Positions 38,161 to 52,542 of a stretch of DNA of 64,000 nt are shown in pieces; position 1 is the first letter of the stretch; each line of letters opens with the position of its first letter. Made by a program: the position numbers and the translations under genes. The stretch lies in NCBI RefSeq assembly GCF_004010195.1, contig NC_057718.1, positions 98,717,794 through 98,781,793 on the forward strand, in the 5' to 3' direction. This DNA comes from Chiloscyllium plagiosum. Lineage: Eukaryota. The notes under the pieces were generated by a model. It worked only from the letters and a program-made list of their open reading frames with translations. It was not told where the DNA came from and did not search any database.

Positions 38161-40323
38161 AGAAGATTCCCCCATATCTTTTGCTCCCTTTAGGCCCAAG
38201 TGCTATATCCAATTCCTTTTGAAATCGCACATTTTTGGGGCTTGATTGCTTTCGGTGGTAGAAAATTCCACAGGCTCACCACTTTCTGGGTGAAGAAATT
38301 TCTTCTCATCTCAGTCCCAAATGGTTTACCCCCTTTGCTTAGACTTTGACTCTATCATCCCCACTTCAGATTCCCCCACGATCAGGAACATCCTTCCTGC
38401 ATTGACCATGCCTATTCATCTCTCTTTACCTCCTCACTTCTTTGATGCTGCTGGACATTTGGAGAATGAAGCTGACAAAGGTCAGTTTAGTAGGATTGTT
38501 TTCACTGCTCTGTTTATAAACATGGCAGTGAATCAAGATCAGCTGGGAGACTTTAACATGAAAAAAAGACTGATTGACATATCATTTGTCTCTTGTGGGT
38601 AAGACTAGGGAAATCATTTAACAATATATTTTATCCAACTTGATGAGTTACATCTAATAGCTGCCCTCAAGCTTAGATGACAGCTGCCCTCAGCAGCCTG
38701 CTCCTACTTAATAAGAATCAAACGGAGTCCTTTATGTGAAAACAATTCGATTGTAAATAAAATTGTTTGATCCTACAATTAATTAAACAAACAGGAAATA
38801 GTTTGAATTATTAAGCCTTCTCTTTTCAACTTAAAAAAAGACTGGTTTTGGAAATATTGAGGTAAAATCACAGAACATGCTCATATTCTTGCGGTTTAGC
38901 TATCTGCTGGATAGGTTAGTCTGAGTTTCACTGATTGGCTGGAATTACAAAGTGTAACGCAATGAGAAGAAAGCCAAATGCAGTGCCTGGTCTAAATTTC
39001 AGTCTTGGGGCATTTCAATGCCTTGTGTAAGTGCTGCCATTCCAGTTGTCACCTGGAACAGCAATGAAAAAGATATAGAGTGATTCAAAGCAGCAGGACA
39101 TTGGGCAACTTTTTATTTCCATGTAAATTTTGGGGATGAGTTTTAAGTAAGATCAAGTTGGAGTTAAGTCCAGTCCAGGTCAGAGGAGACCTCAAGTTTT
39201 CTTGTGGGCCCACACAGCATTCCTGCCTCTTTCTGGAGCTAAACTGGCCTGTGTTGTTGTCAGACTCCCTTTGGCCTAGTCTGAAGCAAGCTGTAAGTCC
39301 TGTTGTAAAACTTCATTGCATCGATGCACATACATAGTCAGACCCTGTAAAATGTGTCTGATTGAGGCAACAGATGAAAGAAGGTCTGCCAAAAAGTCCA
39401 GCAAACTGGAGAACATGTCTACAGAAATCTAGCCCATTGGTCAGCAAGGAATTGAGTACAACTAGCTCCATTTCCTGAGGATCAGCAGGATGGTGTTTTA
39501 CAGCAAGGACGGTCGAAGTCAACATGCAACATGGAGATAGCACAAAGAAATGCAAATGTGATAAGGCTTTCAGCTGCACATTGCATCTTACTGAATGAAG
39601 TGTGAATGTGTTTTGGAATAGAATGCCAGAGCTGCAAGCTTATTTAGGTGAACAACGCGGCTGGGATGACAGGCAGGGTTTGGTAAACATGCAGCCAGTT
39701 AACAAGTAGTGCTTCATGGCATCAGTCCTTGGGTTGCCTACCTGGTGTATGGTACTAGTGGGGAGTCTTACCTTATAATGTACTGTCTTCTTCTGCATTC
39801 ATGTCTCGCATGGAGCCTGGCTTCTGCAATCCGCCAATGGTAGTGCCAGCAATCCATTGTGGAGAATACACTGCATTTCCAAACAGAGTAATTCTCTTCA
39901 CATTCACTTCCCTAGCTGTCAAACAGTGGTTTGACCAGTTCTCCCATTGCCCAGTGACTCCTGTTCTTGCTTCCACAAGATTATCTGTGTTTCTGCTGTT
40001 TTACATTATCTACAAAATCAGGTAATTGATTATCTAAATACTTTTCCAACCTATCAAAATGTTCCAATCTTTGTTGTGACCTCTAAGTGGCTGCAACCAA
40101 TAATTTCTTTGAGGATGAATCTTATTGGATACATTATTACCTGTATTCTACAAGATCAACTCTATTGCGTTTCCTACACAAAGCATAAATAGCGTAGACA
40201 GCATTTGGTGTCTATTGGTGCATGGTTTGGGCCTCCTCACAAATTTTGTGGAGTTTAACTAGGCAGAGTGGCTGAATCTGCCCTTTCTTATATATGTAAA
40301 TGATAGTGTGTATACTGTGATGC

Positions 40324-40960
40324 ATAAGACCATAAGCTGTAACAGCAAAAGTGGGCCATTCAGCCCATTAGGTCTACTCCACCATTCATATGAGATCATG
40401 GCTGATCTAGTAATCCTCGACTCCAATGTCATGCTTTATCCCCATAATCTTTGATTCCCTTTTTGGTTAAAAATCTATATGAGTCGATCTTTAATATACT
40501 TAATGACCTATCCTTGACAGCCTCCTGTTTTTAGAAATCCATAGATTCACTGCCCTCTGAGAGAAGAAATTCCTCCTCATCTTTATCCTAAATGAGTGAC
40601 CCCTTAATCTGGGATTTTGCCCTCTGGTCTTAGAGTCTTCCAAAAGGGGGAACAATCTTTCTACAATAACCCTATCAGGCTGCTTTAGAATCTTGTTTAT
40701 TCCAATAAGTTCACCTCTCATTTTTCTGAATTCCAATGGGTATAAACACAACCTACTCAAACTCTCCTCATAAAACAGTCCCTCTCAACCTTCTCTGGAC
40801 TGACACCAATGCAAGCATATCTTAGTAAAGGAGACCAAAACTGTTCACAATATTCCAGCTTGTGTCTGACTACAGCCATGTATAATTTTAGCAAGACCTC
40901 TCTATTTTTATATTCTATTCCCTTTGAAATAAAAGCCAACATCTCAATTGTCTTCCATTT
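40324..40960 (-). mobile_element. CR1 LINE 3' fragment
   Basis: LAFISKGIEYKNREVLLKLY..QFWSP; RRNFFSQRAVNLW. Confidence 0.85.
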
Positions 40961-42100
40961 GTATCTCTTGACATTGAGTAAGTTCAACAAATTTCAATTC
41001 AGGGTTTGGTCCATGTGCTTTAATATACTACATCCCAATGGGAAGAACATATTGACTGGGAAAATAATGGGAGCATACAGGGTTCAGGCTGGCTGGCACT
41101 TTATTGTTCCGTAGTTATTTTGCGATGGAGAAAATGAGACAGAAAGTGTTGGAAAATTTTCAGCTTGGTGGACATAAGTCAGGATTGTTGACTTACGCAC
41201 AGCATTATTTTTGATCCTGATGAACACCTTTTACCTTTTCTTTACTGTCAGTCATATCTTTCCTGTCATTACAATGGGCAGATTTCAGCACAAAAATATC
41301 TTCAATATAGTTGACCTTCCAGGTTGTATTGTCTGGAGAATTTGTGTGAATACTTATCACATTCTCCTTCTTTATGCAGTGCTATTTTATAGTCGGTATA
41401 AATCTCTGCACCTTATCTATAAATGGTTTGTGCTGTGATGATTGGCATTCACTGGTGGCCAATTCTTGGGTATTAGATGTATGAAAGTATGAATTTTGAC
41501 TTGTTAGCTGTATCTGATAATGCTTGTCTGATAAACAATGCGCATATTTGCTTTCTCCTCAGGAAGGTTTGTTGAATGTAATGTACTGATTCAACTATTT
41601 TGTCTATAACCACATTGCAACAAATTTTCTTTGCAGGGGAATGATAGGTGGATGGATATTTGTTTCTGTAATAGATAGGCAGGAAGCTAAAGGAGTTCAG
41701 GATTCAATCCCAATATACCTGCCATAAATTTGCTGAAAGACTGCAAAACCCTTCCAAAAATGCCAATGCTTAGTAAATTCCTTTGTAGATTTCACCAAAT
41801 TTCCAAACAGAGAGGCATTGGAGATCTTTTAGACATTTATTTTGAAATGTGTATTGATGACTCCGCAGGTTGATGTTGTTGTGTATGGATATAGAAGGAG
41901 ACTAAGCTTTGACATTAGGCCCACACAATGAAATTGCCTGCCAAATATTTGTTGTCCTGGCACACATCTAATCCATGGAAACTTAAATAAGTTTCCTGAT
42001 GGTGCCCAATGCTCACCCATGGAACTATATCCCAGCATTGAGTCAATGCTTTCAGAAAATAAAAAAATGACAAAACAGGAGAGTAGAAATGGAAAGATAA

Positions 42101-42476
42101 AAATGGCTGGAAAAGGTACATTTTATTGAAGATTTTTGTTATGCAATCATCAGGACTATACGCAAGAATACTATTGTAAAGAGGGAACAACATTTTATAC
42201 TGCATGGGAAGAACTACTAATTGGTTGGCAAGTGTACACTGATTGGTAGAGGTGTTGTTATGGAGAATGCATCTATTAGATATGCGGTAAATGGCTGGAA
42301 AAGGTACATTTTATTGAAGATTTTTGTTATGCAATCATCAGGACTATACGCAAGAATACTATTGTAAAGAGGGAACAACATTTTATACTGCATTCGAAGA
42401 ACTACTAATTGGTTGGCAAGTGTACACTGATTGGTAGAGGTGTTGCTATGGAGAATGCATCTATTAGATATGCGGT
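42101..42476. repeat. Tandem direct duplication, 2 x 188 bp
   Basis: 42101-42288 and 42289-42476 differ at only three positions that I could see. Confidence 0.95.
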
Positions 42477-43501
42477 ATTTTAAAAGCTACATTTTAATTT
42501 TTAAAAAATTTTTCAATTGTAGTCGGATATGGCAAAAGACTGTCCTAAAACCAAGGACTGTGGAAGAAATTATTACACTTTTAAGGAAACAAGTTAGTGA
42601 AACCCATTGTAAGTTGTGTTTACACTGCTGCATTGCACAACAGAAAGGAGGAGAGATAAGATGGCATGGTAGCAGGGTGTGTGTGCAGAGTGCAATTCAT
42701 TGAGCAACAGATTGCTAACTGGTTTGCGCAAATGTGACCAGATGTCAATGTCAGAAGTCATCAGGTTGAAACCAATTTTTTTGATTCACTGTTGGGTAGG
42801 TGAACAGTCTTCCTATTTACAATAGAGAGTGAGAAGCCTCTAGACTACTGGAAAACCAGGGTCTGTGTTTCCATATTTAGCATATTTTATACAATGAACA
42901 CATTTTTTTCAAAAAATAAAGTTGTGATAAAACTCATGAACCTTCCATTGTAACTTCCGAATAACAAAGTTATCCTTTTCCCATAGTTCAGGCTAGGCAC
43001 CTCTCCCCAGCTTCAAGATCATTGCAGTTGTCCATGGTCCATTCTGTCTGCCTGGTGATCTGTTCAAGAAAGTACTGAGATCTCGGTATTCCCAAATGTA
43101 ATTGCTTTGGTTGTTCATTGTGCATATGCCAGTAAAATATAATTTGCGTGAGGCTTTGGTGTTCAAACCAATGTGTGGAAAGAAAGGAAGGTGGAGGCAT
43201 AAAAAGGAGAGAGAGAGAAAAATATATGGACAGAAAGGTGTAAAATAAAGGACCAGTGAACAGCGAGAGCCTCAGAATGTAAGGAATTGAAAGAGTATGC
43301 CACATGGCTTCTTGAACATGTTCCATTGTTCCTGATCTTTGACCCCAATTCCATCTACATGTCCATATTCTTTAATTCTCTTAGCATTGAAAACCAACTT
43401 GCTCTCAGCCTTGAGGTTACTCAGTGATTGAGCATCTGCAACTATTTGGGCCATAGATTCGCCAGCCTATAAGTAAAGGTTTCACTCCTAAATCTTAGTC
43501 T

Positions 43502-43610
43502 GCTTATGCCCGAAACATTGATGCTCCTGCTCTCCGGATGCTGCCTGGCCTGCTGCGCTTTTCCAGCACCACACTTTTAGACATTGACTCTCCAGTATCC
43601 GCACTTTCTC
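43502..43610 (+). mobile_element. Short PLE-derived element truncated inside hammerhead stem II
   Basis: GCTTATGCCCGAAACATTGA...CACTTTCTC. Confidence 0.8.
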
Positions 43611-46600
43611 TTAAACTCCTTAACTCTGGTCACCTCAGCCAAAGAAAGCTCTTTTCATAAAGAGACAGAGGCGGGATAAGAAGTGAGATGGAAAAAGAAA
43701 GATAGTTAAAAAAAAATGCAACAGAAATGACTGCGAAAAAGAGAGAGAGATGGAAAGATATGTAAGCAAATTGTTTGTGTAATGAAAAAACAAAGGACTG
43801 GAAGATATCAAGTGAAAAATATTTCTTCTGTGAAAAACACCATAACTTAACAACTGGTAACATTAAAAATGATGGCTATACAGCAAACTACATTTATATA
43901 ACACCTTCTTTATAATAAACTATCCCTAAAGGCTTCTCAGGAGAACTTTCAGACTGAAATTTGGGCTCTGTTTTTAATCGAGCATTGACTAAAAGTCTTC
44001 TGAAAATTCATTCAGTGTGTGCTAGCTCTGAGATTCAGGCAGTTTTGATTTTAATCCCATCAGAGTATTTTAAAAAGATTGATGTCTGTAATAACCTTTC
44101 GATTGCATGTGTTCTGTTTAACTTTTATGACTGAGTTGCTCTGTGCACATCAATTGCTTTGTCTATTGCTGTTATAATTCAGTGGCCTATATCAGAGTGA
44201 AGAGTGGATCCTGAATTCACAGATGTCAGCAGTGGGTCTGCCTCAGAATTTGGCTGCTTCTGATAGCTAGAGAGGTGGTTGTGCATGAAGTATGGAGGAG
44301 AACCTGCAGGTGTGCCAGGTAAATTCATACAACAGTTCAGGAATTCGACACCTGGAGCAAGGAGAGCACTCTCTCTGAGCACTCTCTGGGTGTTTCATTT
44401 TTTTGCTCACACCTCTGCTTCCCCCCCCCCCGCAACTCTGGGTGCAGTGAGGTCACCTTCATTTAGTTGCCACCCTGCTGTCAGTGAAATGCCAGCAGAC
44501 CCATCAAGTAGCCCTTAATTGGATCTGTAATTATGCTAATTGGCTTGCTACTTCCTCGGAACAGAATCTCACTGCTGGATAGAAGCCCCAGTGATGGGGC
44601 AGTCCCAAGTGAGGTTCCTGCTATTTTACCTCATCTGTCATCCATGAACTGGTAAAATGATGCCCAATGTTGCAACTTGTAAAAAATTGAATAGCACTGA
44701 AAGTGTGATGACATTTTCATATTAAATAACTAATTGCTGCATACGTAGCCAACAACACGCAGCTTACATCTGCTAATATAGAAAACACTCGATTCAGAGT
44801 TCTGCATTAATCACCTTTGACTATTTATAATCTGTTATATTTGCACACACCTCACAAATACAGCTGCATCAAAACTTTAAATAGGGAGATGATGTTGCCT
44901 CTATACAAGTACAAAAATGATTAGCAACACAAAAGAAGACCATTTTGGGCTATTGTGGTTGTGTCAATCCAGAAAAAGCTATCATCTCTAATTCTGCCTG
45001 TCCAACTCTGCATAAGCATGTAGATTCTTCATCACAGTTCCATACCACAGTAGAGACACAGACAAAACATTGCCTTGGAGAATGAAACAGGAAAATATAG
45101 GTGTGCTATTATCCAGTTAATAAAAAAAAAGGCACAAGGCATATTCTATTTGTTTACTGAGAATATAGGCTCTTTGGGTATGAAAATATGTCACTTCTAG
45201 TTGAGATAAATGAGCCATGTCGCAAGCTTTTTATCTTAAAATGTCAATGTAGCAATTAGCGCACTCAGGATTGTTCAGCAAGTATTATCCCATCATTGAA
45301 TCATATCTAACAATAACATGAGGGGCAAATATTTTACACTGAGGTTTGGTCTCGTGAGGAAGTGGTGGATGTGAGTACAATTATAACATTTGAAAGACAT
45401 TTGGATAAGTACATGAACAAGAAAGGGATATGGCATATGGGATATGAATATAGTTTAGTTTGGGATTATGTTCGGCATGGACTGGTTAGACCAAAGGATT
45501 TTTTTCCATCCTGTATGACTCCATGACTCTATAATAGCTGACATGGGACAATCAGAGTCCTTTTGTCAACTAATCAGCACCCTCTTCTTCTATAGTGTAA
45601 AATATTGTGATCATTTAAAATTGGCATTGTGTTTGTATTTGTCTTGAAGAATGCAAGCTGAAATGCTTTGGCAACATTCCCAACTTTTTTCAATATTCAA
45701 ACAAGTTAAAGTAAATGAGGAACCAAATGAGTAAAATTAAAATTTGGAACTGGAATGATGGCAGTGAGAATGACAATTGGACCTGTAATAGGAATGACAA
45801 TCTCACTCATTAATAAAAAAAAGCCTCAAAGTTTCGAAAAGTTATAAATAAACTTACTGAGTATGTGAATTCTGCGTGTAACAGAAAATAGGAAACTGCT
45901 CAGAGCTCCAGGGAAGGCCGCGTGGATCTTATTAAAATATTCTGATACATCCATCGTTCTGAGCTGCACAGGATAAATTCTAGAAGCATAATAATCATCC
46001 AAATCTAATCCTTCGGTTATCCCAGATTCTCATTACTCCAGTATTGGTGTTTGTGTTTGCAACTGACTAGAGTGTAAACAATGGAACTTCCTCCCGAAAT
46101 ATTTCGAATTTTCTCTCCTTGATTACAATTTTGGTCATCTACCCTCATGTTCGCTGATAAGAATCAGAGCCAATATTGTTTTAATAAGCACTGCTGTAAA
46201 GTGTCTTAAGGTATTTTAGCATTGTTTGTTCAGGGCTTCAGTAATGCTAAATAGCATTGTATGTCATGGTGCAGGATAGTCCTGGTGGGCTTAAAAGTAT
46301 TACTTTTTGGCAGAAGTCACTTATTGTAGTTTAGACAATACCATTCTCAAAGGCATCCCAGGTTGCGAATTTCTTCATTTTTCTTTAATTAATGTTGCAT
46401 TATTGGATAGGGATATTGCGAAGAGCTAAGAGATCTATTTGGAATCTTTGCTTCATGGATTTTTTTTTTGGAACAGACTTTTTTATTTCTCATTTGAAAA
46501 AGCATTAGCTTTCAGGGCGCTGTTTCCTATTGTAGAATGTAACTGGGGCCTTGATGTTGATAAAAGCACAGCTGCACCATGTTAGTCCCTTAGCTCTGAA

Positions 46601-47406
46601 AAATAATTACACATATGCCTGCCTTAATTTAACCTTTAAAATCAGAAATATTCATTTAATAGCTTAAGCTGTTAAGCCTGTGGAAATGCTCTGTTTGTTC
46701 ACACTCATGAATTCCTGACTATATTATGAACGGTTGATTGATATCCTGCATAGTTATGACCATAAACTGCATTTATGAAGCATCTTAAAACATCTCGGGG
46801 CAGGTTAATCAAAGAATATTTGAGAATAAGCCTCATCAAGTGATATTAGATGACCAAAAGCATTGTCAAATAAGGAACCATTCAGCTCAGATGGGAGGTC
46901 ATTCAGCCCCTCGGGTCTGCGCTGATTCTCTTGAAGAGCAATCTGGTTACTTTCCCTACCCTGCTGTTTCTTCATATCCCTAAATATTTTAAAAAACCTC
47001 CTTCAAGTATTTATCCATTCCACTTCGAAGATTATTGTTTAACTGATATTAATCATTCAAATTAAGCTGTGCAATCAAACCATAACCAATCATTATCAGT
47101 ACATTTCATTTCTTGATATCTTAGTTGCTAGTTACCTTAAATCTGCTACTTTTCAGCCATTGGAAACAAGTTCTCTTTAATGATTCCCTTGAAAGCTTTC
47201 ATGATTTTAAACACCTCTATCAAAGCTCCCCTTCACCTTCTCTGCTCTAAGAACAATCTACCTTTTCCAATCTATCTGGGGAAATGCAGTCCCTCATCTT
47301 TGGAACCATTCTGGTAAGCCTCATCTATACACTTTCTGAAATCATTATGCCCTTATTAATGCCAAAGTTTGGACAATCCAGTTCAGCCTGATCTCCTGTA
47401 TCTTCA

Positions 47407-47523
47407 GGCAAAAGTTACGACTGCCGATGCTGGAAATCAGAGAGGTGCTGGAAAAGCACAGCAGGTCAGGCAGCATCCAAGGAGCAGGAAAGTCAATGTT
47501 TCGGGCAAAAGCCCTTCATCAGA
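47407..47523 (-). mobile_element. Hammerhead-headed PLE-derived element
   Basis: Core at 47495-47522: CUGAUGA-A-GGGC-UUUU-GCCC-GAAA-CA-UU. Confidence 0.82.
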
Positions 47524-48373
47524 CTGACTTCTGCCATAGGCTGCCTTTTTCTTGTTTTATCTTTCTCTGGAACTCTTTCGTCCTCTTGTGCACTCTGTTT
47601 GTCCTCCATACCTCCCTTATAAGAACGTTCTCAGGTGTTTCCTGAACTTCTTCTCCTTTATGGCTAATCATTGCTCTATTATATTTGTGCTGATCAATCT
47701 TAGGCTTTGCTTTGTCTGGCGCTTCAGTACTCTGAAGTTAGTTGTCTTGCAACATAGCTATTTTTATTCAAGACAGCTCCTTGTCCTTCCCTACTTGGTA
47801 TTATAATTGCCTTTCCTGAGATGTCCTCTCACTGTGCCATTTCCCACTTGACCCACTTCAAGAATCAATGTCCTCTTTCTCAATGGGTAGGGTGAACGTT
47901 ATCGTCAAGAAAAGCGCCCTGAACACATTTCAGATATTTCCCTCCTTCTCTTCCTTTGACATGATAATAATTCCATTCAATATCGGAGACTTGGAGTCTC
48001 CCATTCTCAGTATTCCATAGTTCTTGCATCTCCCTGTTCACCTTCAAATGCATAAGACGGTCTTGAACAGATCTCAATGCTCCACAGTAGTAGCCCCAGT
48101 GCCCAAAAATGTGAGGACTTCACTCCTATTTTATATCTTTAGCCGCACATGGACTTGGCAGATTCTCCTGTTTCAGTTCTCATTATTATGCCGCACTGGG
48201 AAGAATTCAAAGGTTACTGTCAATGCAATCCTGTTTTTCAACTTCCATACTTATTCTGCACACTCTGACTGCAGAATCTCCATCATCGTCCATCCTTTTT
48301 TGTTGGTTCTAACCTGGACCGTGACTTCTGCTCTTCTTTATCCCCTGGTAGCATGTTCTGGACCTTTTCATGA

Positions 48374-48469
48374 AGATTCCTGAAGAAGGGCTTATGCCCG
48401 AAATGTCGATTCTCCTTCTCCTTTGATGCTGCCTGACCTGCTGCGCTTTTCCAGCAACACATTTTTAAG
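48374..48469 (+). mobile_element. Hammerhead-headed PLE-derived element, short 3' form, 10-bp TSD
   Basis: Core at 48380-48407: CUGAAGA-A-GGGC-UUAU-GCCC-GAAA-UG-UC. CTTTTCATGA at 48364 and 48470. Confidence 0.88.
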
Positions 48470-50742
48470 CTTTTCATGATAGTCCTTTCTTGGCCACTTG
48501 GGAGAAAACATAGGGTCAGGGTCTCAAGTCAGATGTAGAATACTGTATGTCTGTTCCCTTGACTATTGAATTCACAATTATTATTGTGCTTCTATATTTT
48601 ACCTCCTGTCCCATGCATCCATTTGACTTACAGTGCCAGGATAGGGACTGGACTTGTTGTAACTCACACTGGTATTTACTGTTGGATGTTGGTATGACAG
48701 TGCCATGGATTCCTGTGGATTCCTGTGCTGTGTGTCTCTTCCTGCGTTTTCAGATGGCCTCCCACTTATACATCTCTGTCTGGCCAGGGGTTAATTTTTT
48801 TCTGCATACTGTGATTCAGGAAGCATTCAACTATCCACTTACACTGTGGAGAAGCCTTGGTTTGAATTTGAGCATTAGAAACATGAGTCTTCAATAGACA
48901 TGAAGCATCAAAGTTCTTGAACACCACAGGAATTTCAGCTAACCATTCAATTAGAAACTTCAGAGAACAAAGAAAATCGTTCTTAGCGATAATTGCTATT
49001 AACTTGGTCTATGATTTTAATGTATTTAATATATTAACTTACACTTACTTTTCTACCAATCCTCAAAACCAAAGACAAGTTATTTTCTCATGTTGTACAA
49101 GACCCATTCAGATATGAAGGTATTCAGGAGTCAAACAAGCAATTACAAGTATTATTAAGAATGTCTTAAATATAATTTAAAATGAAGTTAAACAAAGCAA
49201 AAGGAAATCAACTATGTAATGTGAAATATATTTAAAAGAAACAATGGGACACTTGCTGTCCAACACTTCTTGGACTGCGTCTGCTTCAGAATTTATATTC
49301 ACATGGTTCTGTTTTCCCCAGATAACATACAATGTCGAGAATAAGTACTCTACTGCATAAATCACTAATCTTGGCCTTGGCAATTGCAGAGGCTGTTGGA
49401 ACTGACTTTGTAAGCAGTGGTAGACTAGAGTGAAACCAAGTTTTATTTCCATGTAATTGCCATGAATACATTGCAGATAAAAAGCAAGCCTTTTTCTCTT
49501 TGCACAATACCTTATTTCATAGCATGTTAGAGCATAGAATTCTTAGCAACTCACAATAACTATCCACCTACACATATACTCTGCTTTACAGAGTACCTTT
49601 ACTGTGCTTAATCCTCAGGAATTGCCTGTGGCTGAATTATTCTAAAGCTGGAAATGAGGTCAATGTTAGTGCAGGGAAAATTATGAGCACCAATGAACAT
49701 CACATATGCACATAAATCGTTCCAGGGCGTGCTGAAAGCAGAAAGTGTTGGAACAAAAATGCATTTTAAATGAGACAGGGTCAAGCAAGGGTTTGGAGTG
49801 GTTATTGTTAGTTCAAGGTCAAGCAGTTCAATTCATCTCTGATTCTCGCCACACGCTCGTAGAATTACTTTCCTGTTCAAGTTTGAACATTAAGGAAGAA
49901 GGTCCTGAACTTGAACTCCAAGCCAGTTCAGTGGGCACAAGTCTAAATTGTAAATACAACATGGGGCCAGTCAATGCTTCATTACACTCTCCCATCTGAG
50001 TTGGAAGGCCATTGGTTGAAGTCCCCACTCTTGAAATTTCAGGACAAAATCTCGGCAGTGTTAGGTTGTGTCATTTTTCAAATGAAATGCCATCTGTCCT
50101 CCCAAATTGGGATAAAATATTCCTTGTCACTGTTTAAAAGAGCATAGGAGGTCAACTGAATGTCCTAACCAATATTTATTGCTTAATTGGAATCACTAAA
50201 AAAGCAAATTATTTGTGCAATAAGTCAATTTTTATGGGAACTTTCTGTGCAAAAGCTGGCTACCGCATTTCCTATATTACAATAGTGAGGATACTTCATG
50301 TGCTTCATGCCAGCTGAATGACATGAAAGGTGCTATTTAAATGTAGTTTTTGCTTTCTGAAGGAAGAGAGGTTCCTGCCTTTTCCTATCAGAAGTTAATG
50401 TCCATAGCTTTTCCTATGTCGGAACTTCTATTCAGTTTAATTAAATTACCTAATCAACATTGAATTAAAGGAGTAGGGTGACAGATGGATAGATGGAAGC
50501 CTTAGTTTGAAATTACTCTATTGATTATTTATAAAACAGGTAGTCATTTTTTGTACCTAGATTTACATGTCTGTTTGATGATGTTAGCAGGAGACCTGGT
50601 GCTTATGTGATGTTATGATACCTATAGAGTCTGACAAATTTTTAAAAAGTTTGAACATTCAATGAATGACCATAACAATGATAAAACAAGGTTTCAGGTT
50701 TTAAGACTTTCTCTGTAATAAACAAACTAAAGACAATATCAA

Positions 50743-50998
50743 CGGCACGGTGGCTCAGTGGTTAGCACTGCTGCCTCACAGCACCTGGGTTCAATTCCTG
50801 CCACTCTCTGTGTGGAGTTTGCACATTTTGTGTGGGTTTCTTCCCACAATCCAAAGATGTGCAGGTGAATTAGACATGCTAAATTGCCCACAGTGTTAGT
50901 CAGGGGTAAATATAGAGGGGTGGGTTTCTCTTCGGAGGGCCAGTGTGGATTCGTTGGGCTGAAGGGCCTGTTTCCACACTGTAGAGATTCTAATCTAA
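50743..50998 (+). mobile_element. HE1-like SINE with internal deletions
   Basis: Head, B box and tail present. Confidence 0.85.
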
Positions 50999-51714
50999 AC
51001 ATTTTTTCCGAAGGGCACTTATTGTCCAAAATTCAGAGAAGATGCTTAATTTTACATTTACAATGGCCAAAACTTCCCTTGTCATGCTTATGCTTAACTC
51101 TATCTCTTAAGTTCACATTTCATTCACCAGGAACCAATCCAAAACTATTTTCAGCTCGTTTGTGTTTTCTTCTCTGGCTGGATGTCCTCCATGCCACGAA
51201 CTAACTTTAATGGTGAAGGTTGAATTAGAAAGCCAACCCTCTAGCCAAAGCTAGGAGTAACTCTCAGCTTTGGTTAGACCCTCAAAACATGGTCTCTTCA
51301 ATCTGAGTGTGAATTCCCATCTACTTCTTCGGGGATGAACAATAGATACTTATTGCCTTTATTTTTATGCTGTCTCTTGGATCCTTGCAGACTGACCTCT
51401 CTGTGAAGATCATGGATGTATTAGGAAAAACTCACTAAACCAACAGTACAGTTGCTTGCCAAGGACTCTTTTGTTCTCAAAACCCTAGTCCATGGCAATG
51501 TGAATCACATGGGCACTATATCTAGGCAGACATGTTAAGCAGTTCAACTCTAGATTCACAACTGCATTCTCTTTTGAACAGACTATTTAGTTGTAATTAA
51601 ACAAAACCTGATGTTACTAACACCATCTTGTGATGTGGAGACTAATAGTCTACCCACCATCAATGCAGCATTGCTTTATCATGCACATTCTTCTCAGTAA
51701 AACAACAAAGGTTA

Positions 51715-52052
51715 TAAGATGATTAGGGGTTTAGATAGGATCGACAGTGAGAATCTTTTTCCTCGTATGGAGTCAGCTATTACAAGGGGGCATAGCTTTA
51801 AATTAAGGGGGGGTAGGTATAGGACAGATGTTAGGGGTAGGTTCTTTACTCAGCGAGTCGTGAGTTCATGGAATGCCCTGCCAGTAGCAGTGGTGGACTC
51901 TCCCTCATTATGGGCATTTAAGCGGGCATTGGATAGGCATATGGAGGATAGTGGGCTAGTGTAGGTTAGGTGGGCTTGGATCGGCGCAACATCGAGAGCC
52001 GAAGGGCCTGTACTGCGCTGTATTCTTCTATGTTCTATGTTCTATGTTCTAT
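51715..52052 (+). mobile_element. Young CR1 3' end with (TTCTATG)n tail
   Basis: MIRGLDRID..TRGHSFKL..FFTQRVVSSWNALP. Confidence 0.9.
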
Positions 52053-52106
52053 GTCCTTTAAACTTGAACAACCAAGACGACCCAAGCTTGCAGGTGAGTG
52101 TATTGT

Positions 52107-52234
52107 AGGAGAAAGTGAGGACTGCAGATGCTGGAGATCAGAGCTGAAAATGTGTTGCTGGAAAAGCGCAGCAGGTCAGGCAGCATCCAGAGAACAGGAG
52201 AATCGACGTTTCGGGCATGAGCCCTTCTTCAGGA
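52107..52234 (-). mobile_element. 128-bp hammerhead-headed PLE-derived element with 13-bp TSD
   Basis: Intact core at 52205-52232: CUGAAGA-A-GGGC-UCAU-GCCC-GAAA-CG-UC. GTGA(G/A)TGTATTGT at 52094 and 52235. Confidence 0.9.
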
Positions 52235-52542
52235 GTGAATGTATTGTCACATGATCTGTTCATTCTTCCAATTTACACATATTAAATAGAGAGTCCCAAA
52301 ACATAGCTGTCTTATAAATTTGCTATTTTCTAAAGTAGGGTCAATCAAATAAAATAGATATATACTGCCAATGCTAAAGATGCTGCTTATCATCGGCTCA
52401 TCATTTGGGATGCTCACACACATGAATGAATTTAAAATTAAACATAGCAAAATTAATGCTTGCTATAAAAATGAAAGAAATTCACAAAAATGATAAAATT
52501 GTAAGTTATGATTCATTCCTTACAATAACTCATTGAGAAAAT

